Source: Mantamonas sphyraenae STR306
Taxonomy: Eukaryota; Protista; CRuMs
NCBI GenBank assembly: GCA_026936335.1
Contig: JAPMXV010000006.1
Coordinates: forward strand, 62,001-126,000
Length of the DNA stretch: 64,000 bases
Direction of reading: 5' to 3'
Position numbers and translations under genes: made by a program. Shown here one piece after another: positions 1 to 15,000 of the stretch (positions are counted from its first letter, which is position 1; every line of letters begins with the position of its first letter). The notes beneath the pieces were generated by a model. That model saw nothing but the letters and a program-made list of their open reading frames with translations, was not told the origin of the DNA and made no database searches.

Positions 1-3000
1 CCCAACGGATTCACGCAGAGCTCGTGCGTCGGCGGCTACTACAGCACAGGCGGCGCCTTCAACTGCACTGCCTGCCCCGTCGGCTACGCCTGCCCGTCCA
101 CCTCGTCCTCCAACCAGCTGCTCTGCACCGCAGGCACCTACTCCACGGGCGTCCAGCAGACCTGCCAGAACTGCCCCGCCGGTTTCTATTGCCCGGACAC
201 GACCTCCGAGCCTAGGCCCTGCTCGCCTGGGTTCTACTCGCTCGGCGGCGCCACAAACTGCTCCGTCTGCCCCGCAGGCTATCAATGCGCCTTTGCCAAC
301 GCCCAGCCGCAGCCCTGCCTCACTGGCTTTTACAGCGACCCACAGGCCGTCGTGTGCCAGCCCTGCTCGCCGGGCTACCTCTGCTCCGGCGCCAGCAACA
401 CACCCACGCCAAGCACCCTGTGCCCGCGTGGCGGCTACTGCTCCTTCGCCTCGCAGTTTACCCAATGCCCTGCAGGCACCTACGGCAACGTCACAGGAGG
501 CACCTCGGAGAGCCAGGCCTGCACAGCGTGCCCAGCAGGCTACTTTTGCCCGCCCGGCACCGCAGACTATCTCACCAACCCGTGCCCGCCGGGTTTCTAC
601 TGCCCAGCACAGACGCAGGCTTCCAACGCCTTCCCCTGCGCAGAGGGCACGTACAGCTCCGCCTATAGCATCAGCTCGCAGAGCCAGTGCACAACCTGCC
701 CGCCCGGACGCTACTGCCCGGCTGCGAGCACAAACGCAAACGCCCTCTGCCCGGCTGGTCACTTTTGCTACGCCTCCACAGGCGACTACCGCCAGACTCC
801 TTGCCCGCCGGGTCTCTACACGGGCAACGTAGCAGGCCTTCAGTCGCAGGACGGCTGTCTGCCATGCCCTCCCGGTGCCTACTGCACCCAGGGCAGCGTC
901 GACCCCACCTTGTGTAATCCGGGCACCTACAACCCGGATTTCAACAGCTCACTCAGCGGCAACTGCCTCAGCTGCATTCCGGGCTACGCATGCCCCTATC
1001 CGGGCATGACCAACGTCAACACCACCTGCGCCGAGGGCCACTACTGCCCCGGCGGCACCGTGTTTGCTACCCAGTACCCGTGCCCTCCTCGCACATACAC
1101 AAACGCCACCAACCTCGTCTCATCCGCTCAGTGCACCTTTTGCCCCGAGCGCTTCGCGTGTGGCTTCGGTACAGGCGGCCAGACAAACCCGCCCGCCCCG
1201 TGTGCACCGGGTTACTACTGCCCCAACGGCACGTCGTACACAACAGAGTACCCGTGCCCGCCGGGCACCTACTCGGCAAACTCCATGCTGGCTAGCGCGA
1301 GCGAGTGCGACATCTGCCCCGGCGGTTCCTACTGCCTCGGCGGCGGCTCCAACATCACAGGTCCCTGCGCTGCAGGACACGCCTGTCCGCCGCAGACGCT
1401 CTCGCCCACTCAGTACCCGTGCCCTGGTGGCACGTACAGCAACGCCACAAACCTGGTCAGCACCTCTCAGTGCACAGCCTGCCCCGAGGGCTTTTTCTGC
1501 CCCGCAGGCAGTTCCTCGCCCACCCCGTGCCCCAGCGGTACCTTTGCAAACACCACCGGCGTCGGCAACAACACACAGTGCAGCACATGCACGGCGGGCG
1601 ACTTTTGTGCTCAGGGCTCCATCGTGCCCCAGCCATGTGGAAAGGGCAAGTACACAGTGGCCGGCGACGCCACATGCCGCGACTGCAAGCCTGGCTTCTA
1701 TTGCCCCTTTGACCGCACCTCGGAAGCCCTCATGCTGGCACACCCGTGCATTGCAGGCACGTTCTGCCCAGGCAACATGACCACCCAGCCCGATCTGCTG
1801 AACAACGCATGCTCCGCTGGCGCGTACTGTGTCAACGCAACCACGTCCGAGGTGCCCTGCCCTGCAGGCTCGTACAACCCGCTCACAGGCGGCACCTCCC
1901 TGCAGTCCTGTCTCACCTGCCCCGCAGGCTACTACTGTATCCAGGGCGCCATCAACGCCACCGGCGAGTGTCAGCCAGGCTACTACTGCCCCGCAGGCTC
2001 CATTGGCCCCACTCAGGTCGCCTGTCCTGCACGCACGTACCGCACGCAGACGCGCGGCACAAACGAAACAGGCTGCTCCGTGTGCCCTGCAGGCAGCTAC
2101 TGTCCGCTCGCCAGTGTCAACCCGACCACCTGCCCGCGTGGCTTCTACTGTATCACCGGCACAGATGCACCCGAGCCCTGCGGCCTCGGCACATACGGCA
2201 ACTCCACCGGACTGCGCTCCGCAGAAGATTGCACTTTTTGCCCGGGTGGCTACTACTGTGATGGTCTCGGCCTCACCACGCCCCGCGGCCAGTGCGATCC
2301 CGGTTTCTACTGCATCCAAAAGGCGTACACCTCGGCACCGCCCGACGGACCCACTGGTGGTCTCTGCCCGCGCGGCGGCTACTGTACCGTCGGCTCTGCC
2401 ACGTCCACGCCGTGTCCCCAGGGCACGTACAGCAACGTCACGGGTGCAAAGAACCCAGAGTCTTGCTTCGCGTGTGACCCTGGCTTCTACTGCGGTGGCT
2501 CGCAGAACCCGTTCCCCACGGGCCCGTGTGACCCGGGCTATTTCTGTTCGGGCGGCGCCTTCAAGTCCACCCAGGAGGTCACGCCTGCAGGCACATACAC
2601 CACGTCTGGCTCCCCGGCGCCCATTCCGTGCAACCCAGGCACATATCAGCCGTCCTCTGGACAAGGATCCTGCCTGCCCTGCCTCGCGGGCTACTACTGC
2701 CCCGACCAGCGCTCGGTCAACCTCACCGCCTGCCCCGTGGGTAACTACTGCCCAGCTGGCACCTTTACCCCGCAGCGCTGCCCCGCAGGAACCTACAGCA
2801 ACACGCCCTTCCTTTCTTCACAGAGCGATTGCTTGCAGTGTCCGCCAGGCGAATACTGCCCCACAAACGGCCTCACCAGCAGCTTTGGCCAGTGCGATGC
2901 AGGTTTCTACTGCTTCAACGGCTCCTCGTCGCGCCAGCCGGTTGGACAATCCTACGGCGACCGCTGCCCGGCAGGCAGCTACTGTCCGCAGGGCACATCC

Positions 3001-6000
3001 GTGCCCAAGCGCTGCCCAGTGGGCACCTTTTCAGGCGCAGTGGGCAACACAAACATCACCGACTGCCTCGACTGCCCGCCAGGCAAGCACTGCAACGACA
3101 CCGGTCTTGCTGCAGCGGCCGGCGACTGTGCCGCAGGCTTCTACTGCTCGGGTCGAGCCAAGACGCCCGCCATCACGCCAGACGACTCCACCGGAGGCAT
3201 CTGTCCGCTGGGCCACTATTGCCCCGCAGGTTCGCCCACCCCCCTTACATGCAGCGCAGGCACCTACGCCAACGTCACAGGCCTCAGCGCCTGCCTGCAG
3301 TGCCCCGGCGGCTACCAGTGCACCTCGCCCTTTATCAACCCCGTTCTGTGTGGACCGGGCCTGCACTGCGCCCCTGGCACAGGCAACACCCCTGGTCAGT
3401 GCAACCCGGGCACGTACAGCTCCCGCTCGGGCCTTTCGTCCCAGCTGGAATGCGAAAACTGCCCTGGCGGCAAGGCATGCACTGTGCCGGGCCTGACTGC
3501 GCCCGACCGCAACTGCTCTGCAGGCTACTATTGCACCCAGGGCCAGAGCTCGCCCACGCCGGCAATCGCAAACGCAAACGGTGGACCTTGCCCTGCGGGT
3601 CGCTACTGCCCCGAGGGCACCAGCATCGGCCAAACGTGCCCGCAAGGCACCTACCTCGGCTCCACAGGCAACACGCAAGAGTCTGACTGTGTCGCTTGTG
3701 ACGGAGGCTACTACTGCAACAGCACCGGCCTGGCTGCGCCCGTGGGCAAGTGTGCGCCCGGCTACTACTGTCTGTCGCGTGCCGTCTCGCGCACGCCCCC
3801 CAACGACGCCACAGGCGCCATTTGCCCTGCAGGCTCTGCCTGTCCCGAGGGCAGCGCCCAGCCCCAGTCCTGCGCCGCAGGCACGTTCTCCAACGTGCAG
3901 GGCCGTGCCGAGTGTGCCGTGTGTCCCTCGGGCTACTACTGTCTGGCCAACTCGACCACGTTCACCGGCAACCCGTGTCCGGCTGGCTTTTACTGTCCCA
4001 ACGGCACTCGCTTTGCCAACGAGTACCCGTGTCCACTGGGCACATTCTCCAACCAGGCCCAGCGCCAGGACGTCTCGTCCTGCCTCGACTGCACACCGGG
4101 CTCCTACTGCGCCACTGTGGGCATCACCAAGCCGACAAACACGTGTGCCCCGGGCTGGTACTGCTTGGGCAAGGCATCCACGCCTACCCCGCCGGGCGAC
4201 AGCACAGGTGGCCGTTGCCAGGCGGGCTCCTACTGTCCCGCTGGCTCGCCCGCTGCCTACACCTGCCCCGGTGGGCAGTACTGTGAAACCATTGGTCTGT
4301 CCGAGCCCACCGGCTCGTGTCTGCCGGGATACTACTGCCCGCCGGGCTCCTCGTCCAAGGTGCAGGTCTCGTGCCCCCAGGGCCACTACTGCCCGGCCAA
4401 CAGCAGCGCCCAGGTGCCTTGTCCCAAGGGCACCTTTTCGTCGGCGACAAACAACCAGAACATCAGCGATTGCATGGCCTGTACTCCTGGCCAGTACTGC
4501 CCCAACGCAGGTTCCACCGCGCCCTTTGGCCCCTGTAACGCCACGTTCTACTGCCCCGCTGGCCAGTTTGAGCCGTCGCCCAGCGCGTACATCTGCCCGG
4601 CCGGCTCTTTCTGCGAGACCGGGTCTTCTTCGCCGCGCCAGTGCTTCCCGGGCACCTATCAGGACCAACAGGGACGCAGCTCCTGCCTGGATTGCCCCGA
4701 AGGCTACTACTGCGGCGTGTCCAACTCCGATCAGTTGCTCGAGTGTCCCAAGGGCTTCTACTGCCCTGCAAAGACAAACGCCAGCAACCAGTACCCGTGC
4801 CCTGCAGGCACATACAACAACAAGACGCGCCAGATCGACTCGGGCGCCTGTCTGCAGTGCACTCCGGGCAAGTTCTGCTCGGGCACGGGCAACCCGCTGC
4901 CCGACGGCGACTGCACGGCAGGCTTCTTCTGCACGGCCGGTTCGCAGTTCTCCACGCCGCTGGCAGGTACCGGAGGCGAGTGTCCCGCAGGCAGCTACTG
5001 TCCTGTCGGCTCTACCACGCCGCAAGCCTGCCCCGCGGGCACTTACTCGCTCACTGCTCGCGGCACCTCGCTCGGCGACTGTCTGAGCTGCGCCCAGGGC
5101 CGCTACTGCCCGACAACCGGCACAGACAACCTGAACAACATCTGCGCAGGCGGCTACGTGTGCACAGGCTCGTCCATCACGGCTACGCCCAACAACAGCT
5201 CCCAGGGTGGCTTCCCGTGCCCGGCAGGCACGCACTGTCCGGCAGGCACCACTCAGGTGCTGGGCTGCCCGCCAGGCACCTACTCGCCCACCGAGGCTTT
5301 GGCTTCCTGTCTCGCATGCCCGCCGGGCTACTACTGCGACCAGTGGAACATGACCTCGTTCCGCGACTGCCCTGCCACCAAGTACTGCCCGCTCAACACC
5401 AGCGTGCCCATCAACTGCCCCGCAGGCACATACAGCAACGTTACCCTGCGCAAGGCAGACACAGAGTGCACGCCCTGTGACACGGGCTACTACTGCAACA
5501 CCACAGGTCTCGCCGCACCCACTGCACAGTGTGCCGCCGGCTTCTACTGTGCCTCCGGCGCTGCCTCGCCCACCCCAGCTGGCGCTTTCCCGTCCAACGG
5601 ACCCTGTCCTCGCGGCCATTGGTGTGCCACAGGCACCCTGGCGCCCACGGCATGCTCAGCCGGCTCGTATCTGCCCTCGCTGCAGAACGACGCCCCCGCA
5701 GACTGTCTTGACTGCGCGCCGGGCTCCTACTGCGCCACCGCAGGTCTGCCTGCGCCCACTGGTCCCTGTGCAGCTGGCTTCTACTGTCCTTCCGGCATTG
5801 CCCAGACGGTGTCCCAGCCCTCGTCGTATGTGTGTCCCATCGGCCACTACTGCCCGCAGGGCTCTTCGCAGCCCCTCGGCTGCGTGGACGGCTACTTCCA
5901 GGACACCATGCAACAGAGCAGCTGCAAGCCGTGCCCCGGCGGATTCCAGTGCAACAACAATGCCACGGCGCCCGTGGAGTGCCCCGTGTCCACGTACTGT

Positions 6001-9000
6001 CCCGTCGCCACAGGCTATGCCATCCTCTGTCCCAACGGCACATTTGGCCAGCGCAGCCAGCTCAACAGCTCCGAGCAGTGCACGCCGTGTCCCCCGGGCC
6101 AATTCTGCCAGGCTGGCATCGTTCAGGGCTTCTGCACCGCCGGCTACTACTGCTCTGGCGGCGCCTCTGTGCCCCGACCCGTCGACGGAGTCACGGGCAA
6201 CATTTGCCCAGCAGGTTACTTCTGCCCCAACGCCTCCTCGTCGCCCATTGTCTGTGCCAACCAGACCTACTCGCCCTCCACGGGTTCCATCGCCTCTTCC
6301 AACTGCTTGCCCTGTCCCGCGGGCTTCCGTTGCGTCGTCGGCGACCCCGTGCCAAAGGCTTGTGTGGCCGGCGAGTACTGCCCCTACGGCGAAGGCCGCT
6401 CGTTGTGCCCTGTCGGCACCTATTCGACCACGCAAAAGGCAACCAACGCCAGCGCGTGTCTCACCTGCCCCGCCGGCTATCTGTGCGACTCGGCAGGCAC
6501 CGGTGACTTCAACACCGTGCCCTGTCCTGCGGGAGGCTGGTGCGAAGCAGGCACGGGCGTTTTTGCCACCTGCCCCGGCGGCACGTACAACCCCAACCTG
6601 CGCGGCACCACCAGCGCCGTTTGTGTGCAGTGTCCGGCTGGAAGGTACTGCCCCGTGGGCACAGGTACCCCCATTGTGTGCCCGCCCGGCGCCTACTGCA
6701 CGGCTGGCTCTGCCAACCAGACCGAGTGTCCGTCGGGCACGTTCTGCCCCTCGGGCTCCTCCACGTTCAGCCAGTGCCCTGCCGGTTTCTACTGCCCGTC
6801 GGGAACCAACAACCCGGTGCCCTGTCCTCAGGGTCACTACTGCCCGACCGGCAGCCGCTTCGCCCTGCTTTGCCCCATCGGCACCTACTCACCCAACGAC
6901 ACGGTGGCTCGCCACAATGTGACCAGCACCTGTGTGGCCTGCCCGCGTGGTACCTACAGCAACTGGGACCGCTTGCGCTGCCTCACCTGCGATGCAGGCT
7001 ACGTTTGCGCAGGGTCGGCCCACAACCCTCGCCCTGCCAACCTCACCGAAGGCGGCTACCCGTGCCCCAAGGGCCACTACTGCCCGGCCGGCATCACTTT
7101 GGAACAGCCCTGCTCGCCAGGCGAGTATCTGCCCACCACAAAGGCCTCTTCCAAGGACGAGTGTATCCCCTGCGCCGCTGGCTCGTACAACCAGCTCAGC
7201 GGCCAACCGGCATGCTTCAAGTGCGGCCGCTCCTCGTTCTCCCTCCCCGGCGCTCTCACGTGCTCGTGCAACGGCACAAACCGCGCCTTCCAGACCTCGG
7301 ATGGCGCTTGCTTGTGTGAGCCGGGCTTCGAGTCTTTCAACATCGATGGTGTGCGCGAGCCGGGTGACTCTACAGTTGCCTGCCAGCCCATCGTCCAGCC
7401 TCGCTGCGCCGTGGGCGTGCCGCGCAACGCCACGGGCGCCTGCGTCCAAGTCGGCTCTCCCTGCGACGACCAGTGTGTCAACGGCCAGGGCCAGTACGAC
7501 AACGATGGCCTCTGCGTGTGTGACACCCTCCAGGATCCGGAGGGCGTCTGCGACTCCAAGTGTCGCCGCGACCAGAGCTACCTGGCCCTGGACTCGACTG
7601 CGCCGGGCTTTGCGCGTCTGTACGTCCCCACAACCAACGCTACCAAGCTCGTGCCGCTGGACACCAACCCGGGTTTTGTCGGTTCGGTCGAGTGCACCGG
7701 CGACACTGTCACCTGCACCTTCCAGGTCATGACCATGAGCGGCCTGGGCTTCCGCGGCGTGTACAACCCGTCCAACGACTACCTCGCCGGCTTGTTTGGC
7801 TTCCTTTCGGCAGCCAATCTGACCAGCGACAAGCCGTTGTCTGTTGTCGGCGGCGGCCAAGCGGGCGACCCGCCCGTCGTGCTCATGGGCAAGGAGAGCG
7901 ATGCGCGCCAGCGCTTTGGCTCGACCACCAGTGCAGGGCGACGCCTGCTCCAGAGTGGCTCGACCACGGTGCAGACGGGCGTCGATCAGCCCCTCGTCTG
8001 CCTCGAACAGAACGAGGGCATGTTCTTTGAGGTCAGCGCCGACCGCCAGCACTACCCGGTGTACGAGAAGGACTCGCTGTTCAACAGCAACCCCAACTTT
8101 GACTATGGCGAGTTCCGTCGCCTGGACACGCGCATGAAGAGCAACCTCACCATCACCACGTTTGGGTACACCTTTACCCAGGCGGGCACCTATGTGTTCA
8201 GCGACGCCGGCAACCCCAGCCTGCGCACCGTCATTGTCGTCCTGGCCACAGGACTGCAGTGCCCTGGCACCGCGCGTATCCAACCGATGACCGCCGCCAA
8301 CCTGGTCAACTACGGCGTCCGCAACTCGAGCAACATCATGCAGGCCCCCGACTGGGTGCTGGTCGGCCTCATCCTGGCTGCGTTGGCCCTTGTGGTCGTG
8401 TCTGTCATTGTGGGCATGCACTACTTCCGCAAGCGCAGCTGGGGATCGGTGGACGCCAAGGTGCCCAAGTACCGCGCCCTCGGCCAGAAGGCCATGATGA
8501 CCGAGTTCTCCAGCAAGGGCTCGCAGCTCAAGAAGATGCTCAAGTACAAGAAGACGCTCGAGTCGGGCAAGACGGTGGTGGACATGGAAGCGTTCGAGTC
8601 GGACATCTGGGACTACGAGAACCAGATCGATCTGGAAAACTTCAACGTCAAGACGCTGTACTCCAAGCTGGACGACTACATCGACCGCGTGTCGGCCATG
8701 ATGCACAAGGCCAACGATGGCGTGCAGAAGTTCTACGACCGTGTGACCGAGGAGACGGAGCAGCTGAAGAACATGGTCAACGCAAAGATTGACATTTTGA
8801 CCGCGCGCGACAAGCCGTCGGCCGAGGCCCTTGAGCAGGCTGCACAGCGCCTGGCAGACACGGAATCCGAAATGGAGCGTCGTGGCATGCTTGCTGTGGA
8901 GATCGATGACGTGCAGAATGCACAGAGCGAACTGCTGAAGGGCGAGGTGGCCAAGCGCACGGCGTACGTTTTGTCGAGCAGCAAGCTGCTTGCGGGTGCA

Positions 9001-12000
9001 CGTCGCCTGCAGGCACGCGTGGTGAAGAACATCAACGAGGTGTTGGACCTGGATCGCACCATGGAGACCTCCGAGTCCCAGGCGCTCCTGGACAACCTCG
9101 AGCTGGTGACCAAGTTTATGCGCCAGTATGCAGACATGGTGCTGCGCGAGGCTGCACGTCGCAACGTCTACCTGAACGGTGCGAGCAACGGCGACGGCGA
9201 CTCTGGTGCCGGCACAGGCAGCGCTGCGCTGGAAGGCGCGAGCGAGGCCCAGCTGGGCGGCCAGCTGCTGGACCCGGACACGGACAAGCCCGTGTCTCTG
9301 GAGCGCCTGACAGACGAAAAGGGCAACCTGTGGGAGGTGGAAGGCATCATCCACGAGGATCGCAACCTGCGTCTGTTTGTGCCTACGCGCGGCGTGAAGA
9401 TGGTGACTGCGTCGGGCGAAGTGATGCGTGTGCCGGATGACTACTTTGTGCACCCGGCCACGGGCCGTGTGTTGCCGATTGCAGGCAACCTGATGGTGGA
9501 TGTGACGCGTGGCAAGCTGGTGTACCCGGGTGCCAAGACCAACGGCAAGGTTGCACCCACCGTTGTGCCGTACGTGTCTGCACCCGTGGACAACGACACG
9601 GGCGCGCCGATGTTGTCCGACGAGCTGCGTGCCATGCGTGCGCAGATGACTCTGGTGCAGGATGGCGAAGCGCAGGTGATTGACGACGACACCGGCATGC
9701 GCGTGCCTGTGATTGCCGCCACCATGGACTTTGAAACGCACCAGGTTGTGCCTCTGGGTGGCACGCACAAGGACATCATCACGGGCTTGCCTGTGCCCAT
9801 TGAGATTGGTGAAATGATGAAGGACGAGCAGTCGCGCGTGGTGCCCATCACGGGCATTCGCATCGACCGCACCTCGGGCAAGCTCAAGGCTGTGGGCGGC
9901 GTGGACACACGTTCGGGCAACGTCATCATGGAGGGTGACACCATGCGCGACCCGCTGAGTGGCCTGGAGGTGTATGTCTCGGGTGCCACAGCCAACGCCG
10001 ACACGGGCGAGCCCGTGGCTGTGAGCGGCGGCGTGCTGGGCATTGTGGACCCTCTGGAACTTGGCAACGACCTGCGCCAGTTTGATGCACTGATCAACAC
10101 GCAGCGTGCGGCTCGCGACGCGATCGACCGCACGGCCAAGTTGTTGGACGAGGACCTGGACAGCCGCGACAAGGTGACCAAGATGCGCACCGAATTCTTG
10201 AGCATCAAGAGCGACCTGAGCAGCACGTTGAACACGTTCGACACGGAAATCCAGTCGCTGCACGCCACGGCGGAGAACGCGCGCGAAAGCGCCATCACGT
10301 ACTTTGTGCGCCGGCAGTACCGTGCCAAGGTGCGCAAGCTGGCCAACGAGCTGCTGAAGAAGACCAAGGGCAAGGAGGGCATGATGATCGACCCGGTGTC
10401 GGGCGACCAGGTGCCGATCCTTGTGGGCGGCAGCATGCTGGACCGCTCGTCTCACCTGGTGTGTCCCATCCTGGGTGTGTGCGAGGACCCGAACACGGGC
10501 AAGATTGTGCCGCTGGGCGGCTCGATGACCGATCCGTTTGGCGGCCAGACGATCCCGATCCTGATTGGTGGCCGCATCCGCGACCCGCAGAGCGGCGCGA
10601 TCCTGTCGATCAGCGGCGCGGCGTTGGATTCGCTCACGAGCAAGGTCATTCCGATTTCGCACAAGAGCAACTACATGAGCAGCGGCCTGATCACGTCGTA
10701 CGACAGCAAGACACTGTCGAACGAAGCTGAATCCCAGATCAAGGACGAGCTGAGTGCACGCAACGTGTATGTGCGCACGCAGAAGCGCCTGTTGGACGCA
10801 GAACGCGGCGACAGCCTGTTGGGTCTGCAGAACAAGCTGCTGGGCATGCTGGAGTCGATCACGCGCATGGACTTTGACGAGGACAGCGCCGACCTGGTGG
10901 CCAGCATGGTTGTGGAAACGTGCCTGTGAAGCAGATGAACGAGACGCTGAAGAAGATGTCGGATGCGTTGGAAAAGGTGAAGGAGCGTGCGGACAAGGAG
11001 CGCGAGCGTCGCAGCAAGGTGGCCGACAAGCTGGAGGACACCATTGGCCGCGTGCGTGCGCAAGAGTTCAAGGAAGCTGCAGATTTGCAGGTTGCCATTG
11101 AGGACCGCTTTGTACAGCTGTCGTCCAAGATCCGTGACCCGCTGCGTGCGGCTGTGGAGTCGATTGCCAGCACGGTGGAGACTGTGCAGCGCGAGCTGGA
11201 AGAGGCCGAGGAAGACGACGAGAGCGCGGGCATGAGCATGGACAAGGCGGAGGACTACGTGCGCATGGTTGTGCAGGAGGCCACACGTGCCATCCAGTCG
11301 TTCCGCCAGCAACAGCGCCGATCGGGCAACGACGGCGACGCCGGCTCGTCGTCCAGCGCACAGGTGCGCGTCGAGGCCAGCTGGGAGCAGCAACAGCAAG
11401 AGGCGCTTGTGGAGCTGCAGCATCTGCAGCTGCGTGGTGCTGTGCGCCGTCTGCATGTCAAGGTTTCGTTTGACGAGGAGCGCGGTGGCCGCCTGCAGGT
11501 GCAGGAGGAGACCAACGCGCCCGGTTCCAACGCAGCTGGTGTGTTGCCGAACGACCTGATGAACATGATGGCCGGCTTGGCGCAGTTGATGATGTCGCAG
11601 CAGCCCGGAGCAGCTGGAGCAGCTGGGGCTATGGGCCCTCAGGGCGAACCCGGTGCAAACGGAGCCAACGCGATGGCATCGTTGTTTGCCAACCTGGCAG
11701 CGCAGCAAAAGGGCGCAGCGGGCGGCCAAGCACCGCCTGCACCGGGCATGTTCTTGCCCGGTGGCATGGGTGGCTCGTCGTCCGCAGGCTTTGGCGCGCC
11801 GGGTAGCCTTGTGGGCGGCACAGGTCTGCCGTCGGCTCAGCCCGCTTCGGCCAACTACACGCCGGGTGCCGAGGGTGGCATTTCGCAGCCGGGCGGCATC
11901 ATCGGCGGAGCGACGGGTGCCGTGGGCAACGCGCGTGCCGTGAGCGGCCAGTCTGGCTCGTCGATGGCCGGCGGAGGCTACATGCCTGGCCAGGGATCCC

Positions 12001-15000
12001 TGGGCGGCATTGGCGGAGGCTTCAGTGCGCCTGCAGGCACGTCTGGTCACGATGGCATTGGCGGCGGTACGTCGTCGTCCATTGAGCTCAAGGGCGGCAT
12101 GGCCGGCCTTGTGGGCGGAGCGTCGCAGGCGCCCAGCCTGGGCCAGTTCTCAGACCCGTCGCTGTTCCCCGAGGGCAACGACGGCGCGGCGCGTGCCAAC
12201 ATGGACGCGCAAGCGCGTGCGGAGGAAGTGCTGCGCAAGAACCGCGAGTACATGGACCAGATGCGAAAGGCCAAGGACAACGCGCGCGCACGCGCGGAGC
12301 AGGATCTGCAGGCACGCCTGCAGGAACGCCAACGCCGCCGCGAGGAACACAACGCCAAGAAGCAGTCTGGAGCTGTGGAGGACAACGCCGAGGCAGACGA
12401 GGAGTTTGAGGCGCAACTGAACGACGAGGTGCCCCTTCCGGAGGACCTGAACGATACGCTGGAGGAAGAGGCAGAGGAGCTGAAGGCAACGCTGCCCGAG
12501 AGCCAGAACATCCAGCTGCCCGAAGGCGGCGACGAGGGAGGCGAAGATCTGTCGTCGGAGGCGGCAGCGCTGATGGAACAGGGTGCGGATGCGGTGCGCA
12601 AGCAGCAGCAGCTGAAGAACAAGGCGCGTGCACAAGCCGAAGCACGTCTGGCAGAGCGTCTGGCGAAACGCCAGGAGCTGCGCGAGGCGTCCAAGAAGCA
12701 GAGCGAGTCGGAGACGGGCGTGGCGGAGGTGAACGTGGCGACGCTGGACGAGCTGGACACGGAGCTGCCGCTGCCGGACATCGACGTGATCACAAACGTG
12801 CAGGTGCCGGAAGACGAGCTGCCGGAGCCTGTGGACGACTCGCTGGACGACCTTGCCGCGGAGCTTGAGCGCGACGACAACGAAGAGGCGCAGCGTCTGG
12901 TGATGGCCAGCACGCAGCATGCACTGGCTGCACAGAGGCAGCAAGCTGAGATGCGTGCTCGCTCGGACGAGGCACTGAAGCAGCAACTGGCAGAGAAGCG
13001 CAAGAAGCGGGAGGAGGAGAAGAAGCGCAAGCTCGCGGCTCTGCAGGCGAAGCAACTGGCCGAGGCCAAGAAGGCCGAGGAGGAAGACGAGGCGGAGCTG
13101 CGCGAGCTGGAAGAGAAGCTGGAGCGCCAGGCGGAGGAACGCCGCCAAAAGCTGGAGGCCCGCAAGAAGCAGATCATCGAGGCGAAGAAGGAGGAGGTGC
13201 GTGCACAGAGCGGCGCGGAACCCGACGAAGATCAGCTGAAGCGCATCATGGAGGAGGCACGCGAGGCCGAAAGCGCGCTGCAGGAGCAGCAGGAGCAGGA
13301 GCGCATCCAACAGAAGGCGCTGATGAAGGAAAAGGTGATGAAGAAGAAGCGGGAGCGCGAACGCCGCCGCCGTGCCGAGGCAGAGAAGACCAAGGCGGAG
13401 GAGGTTGCTCGTCTGCGCGACGAAGATCGCGCCGCACGCGAAGAAGAGGCAGCAGCCATCCGAGCCGCTGTTGAGGAACAAGAGAGGCAGGCGGCCGCCG
13501 AGAAGGAAAGGCAGCTGCAGATCCAGCTTGCTCAAAAGGAAGCACAGGAGCAGGCCAAGATCGAGGCGGAGACGCAAGCCAACCTTGCGGCTGTGCAATC
13601 GCAACGCCAGGCGGCCGAGTCGAAGGGCGACTCTGCGGGAGTGCAACGGTCGGAGCAAGAGGCGATGAAGCTGATGCAGGAGAAGCAAGAGCGCCAACGC
13701 AAGCTGCAAGAGCAAACTGCTGTGAGCCGCATCAAGGCGCAGCAGGAGCTGGAGGAGCGTATCCGCAAGAAGAAGGAAAAGAGGCTGCAGGCTGTGGAGG
13801 CACAGCTGGCGAACGAAGACGACGAGCCGCTGGAGTTGCCGGACGCAGAAGAGGTGGACGATCTGGAGCTGAACGAGATTGTGGAGGAGTTTGCGGCGGA
13901 CGTGGAGGCAGTGGCGGCTTCGGAGGAAGAGCGTGAGGAGAGGCAGCAGCAGGCGGCGGCGTTGAAGGAGAAGGAGGAGGAGAACAAGGAGAAACTGAAG
14001 AAGGAGATGGAGGAGATGGAGGCAGAAGCCGCGGCTGAGGAAGCGCGCCTGGCGGAGGAGTTTGAGAAGGAACAGGCAGCACTGGAGGCGAAGCAGCAGG
14101 CGGAACTGGAGGCAGCGCAACAGGCAGACGGAGAGATGGCAGCTGAGATTGCGGCGCAGTACCAGGAGAACAAGGAGCGTGCCGCACAGGCGCTGAACGA
14201 CGAGCGTCAGCGGGCTCTGGAGAGGCAACGTCGCCTGGTGGAGGAGAAGAAGCGCAAGAAGCGCGAGGAGGCGAAGCGCAAGATGCAGCTGGAGAAGAAC
14301 CGCGAGCTGCTGGACCAGAAGAAGAACAACGCGGAGCAGCGCGAGTCGCAGAAGGAGCGTGAGCGCGAGCGTCTGGAGGCCATGATCGAGAATGTGGCGG
14401 AGGATGCACGCGTGGACTTTATCGAAAACTTTGTGCAGGTGCGCTTCCAGACGGAGATGAACGATCTGCTGGAGCGTCTGCAGAAGGAGTCGCAGCTAGC
14501 TGTGCGTGAGGCGTTGGAGGACCAGCGCGTACGACAGGACGACGAAATCTACGAGGTCCGCAAGGAGATGGAGAACAAGCTGACGGAGATTGCCAAGGCG
14601 ATGGTGGGCAAGGACCCTCTGGAGGTGGACGAGGCCAAGAGCAAGGTGCGCACGGAGTACACGGAGCGCATCGACGCGATGAAGGCGGAGAACACAAAGG
14701 AGAACTACAAGGTGGAGTCTGAGACGCTTGCGGCGAGCGCGGCGACGGTGAAGAGCGAGCGCGAAGCGCTTGTGAGCCGACAGTCGAAGGAGCTGAAACA
14801 GTACCTGCAAGAGTTTGGCCCGCCGGACGCGGTTGCGGAGCTCGAAGAGGCGAAGGAGAAGGCGAAGCGAGAGAAGGAGGAGGCGCTGCTGAAGCTGAAG
14901 CAAGAGCAGGAGGAGATCCTGGAGGCGCAGAAGCGACAGCTGCAGGAGATGCAGGAGCAGAAACTGCGCATGGAGCGGGAGATGAAGGAGAAGCTGGAGA

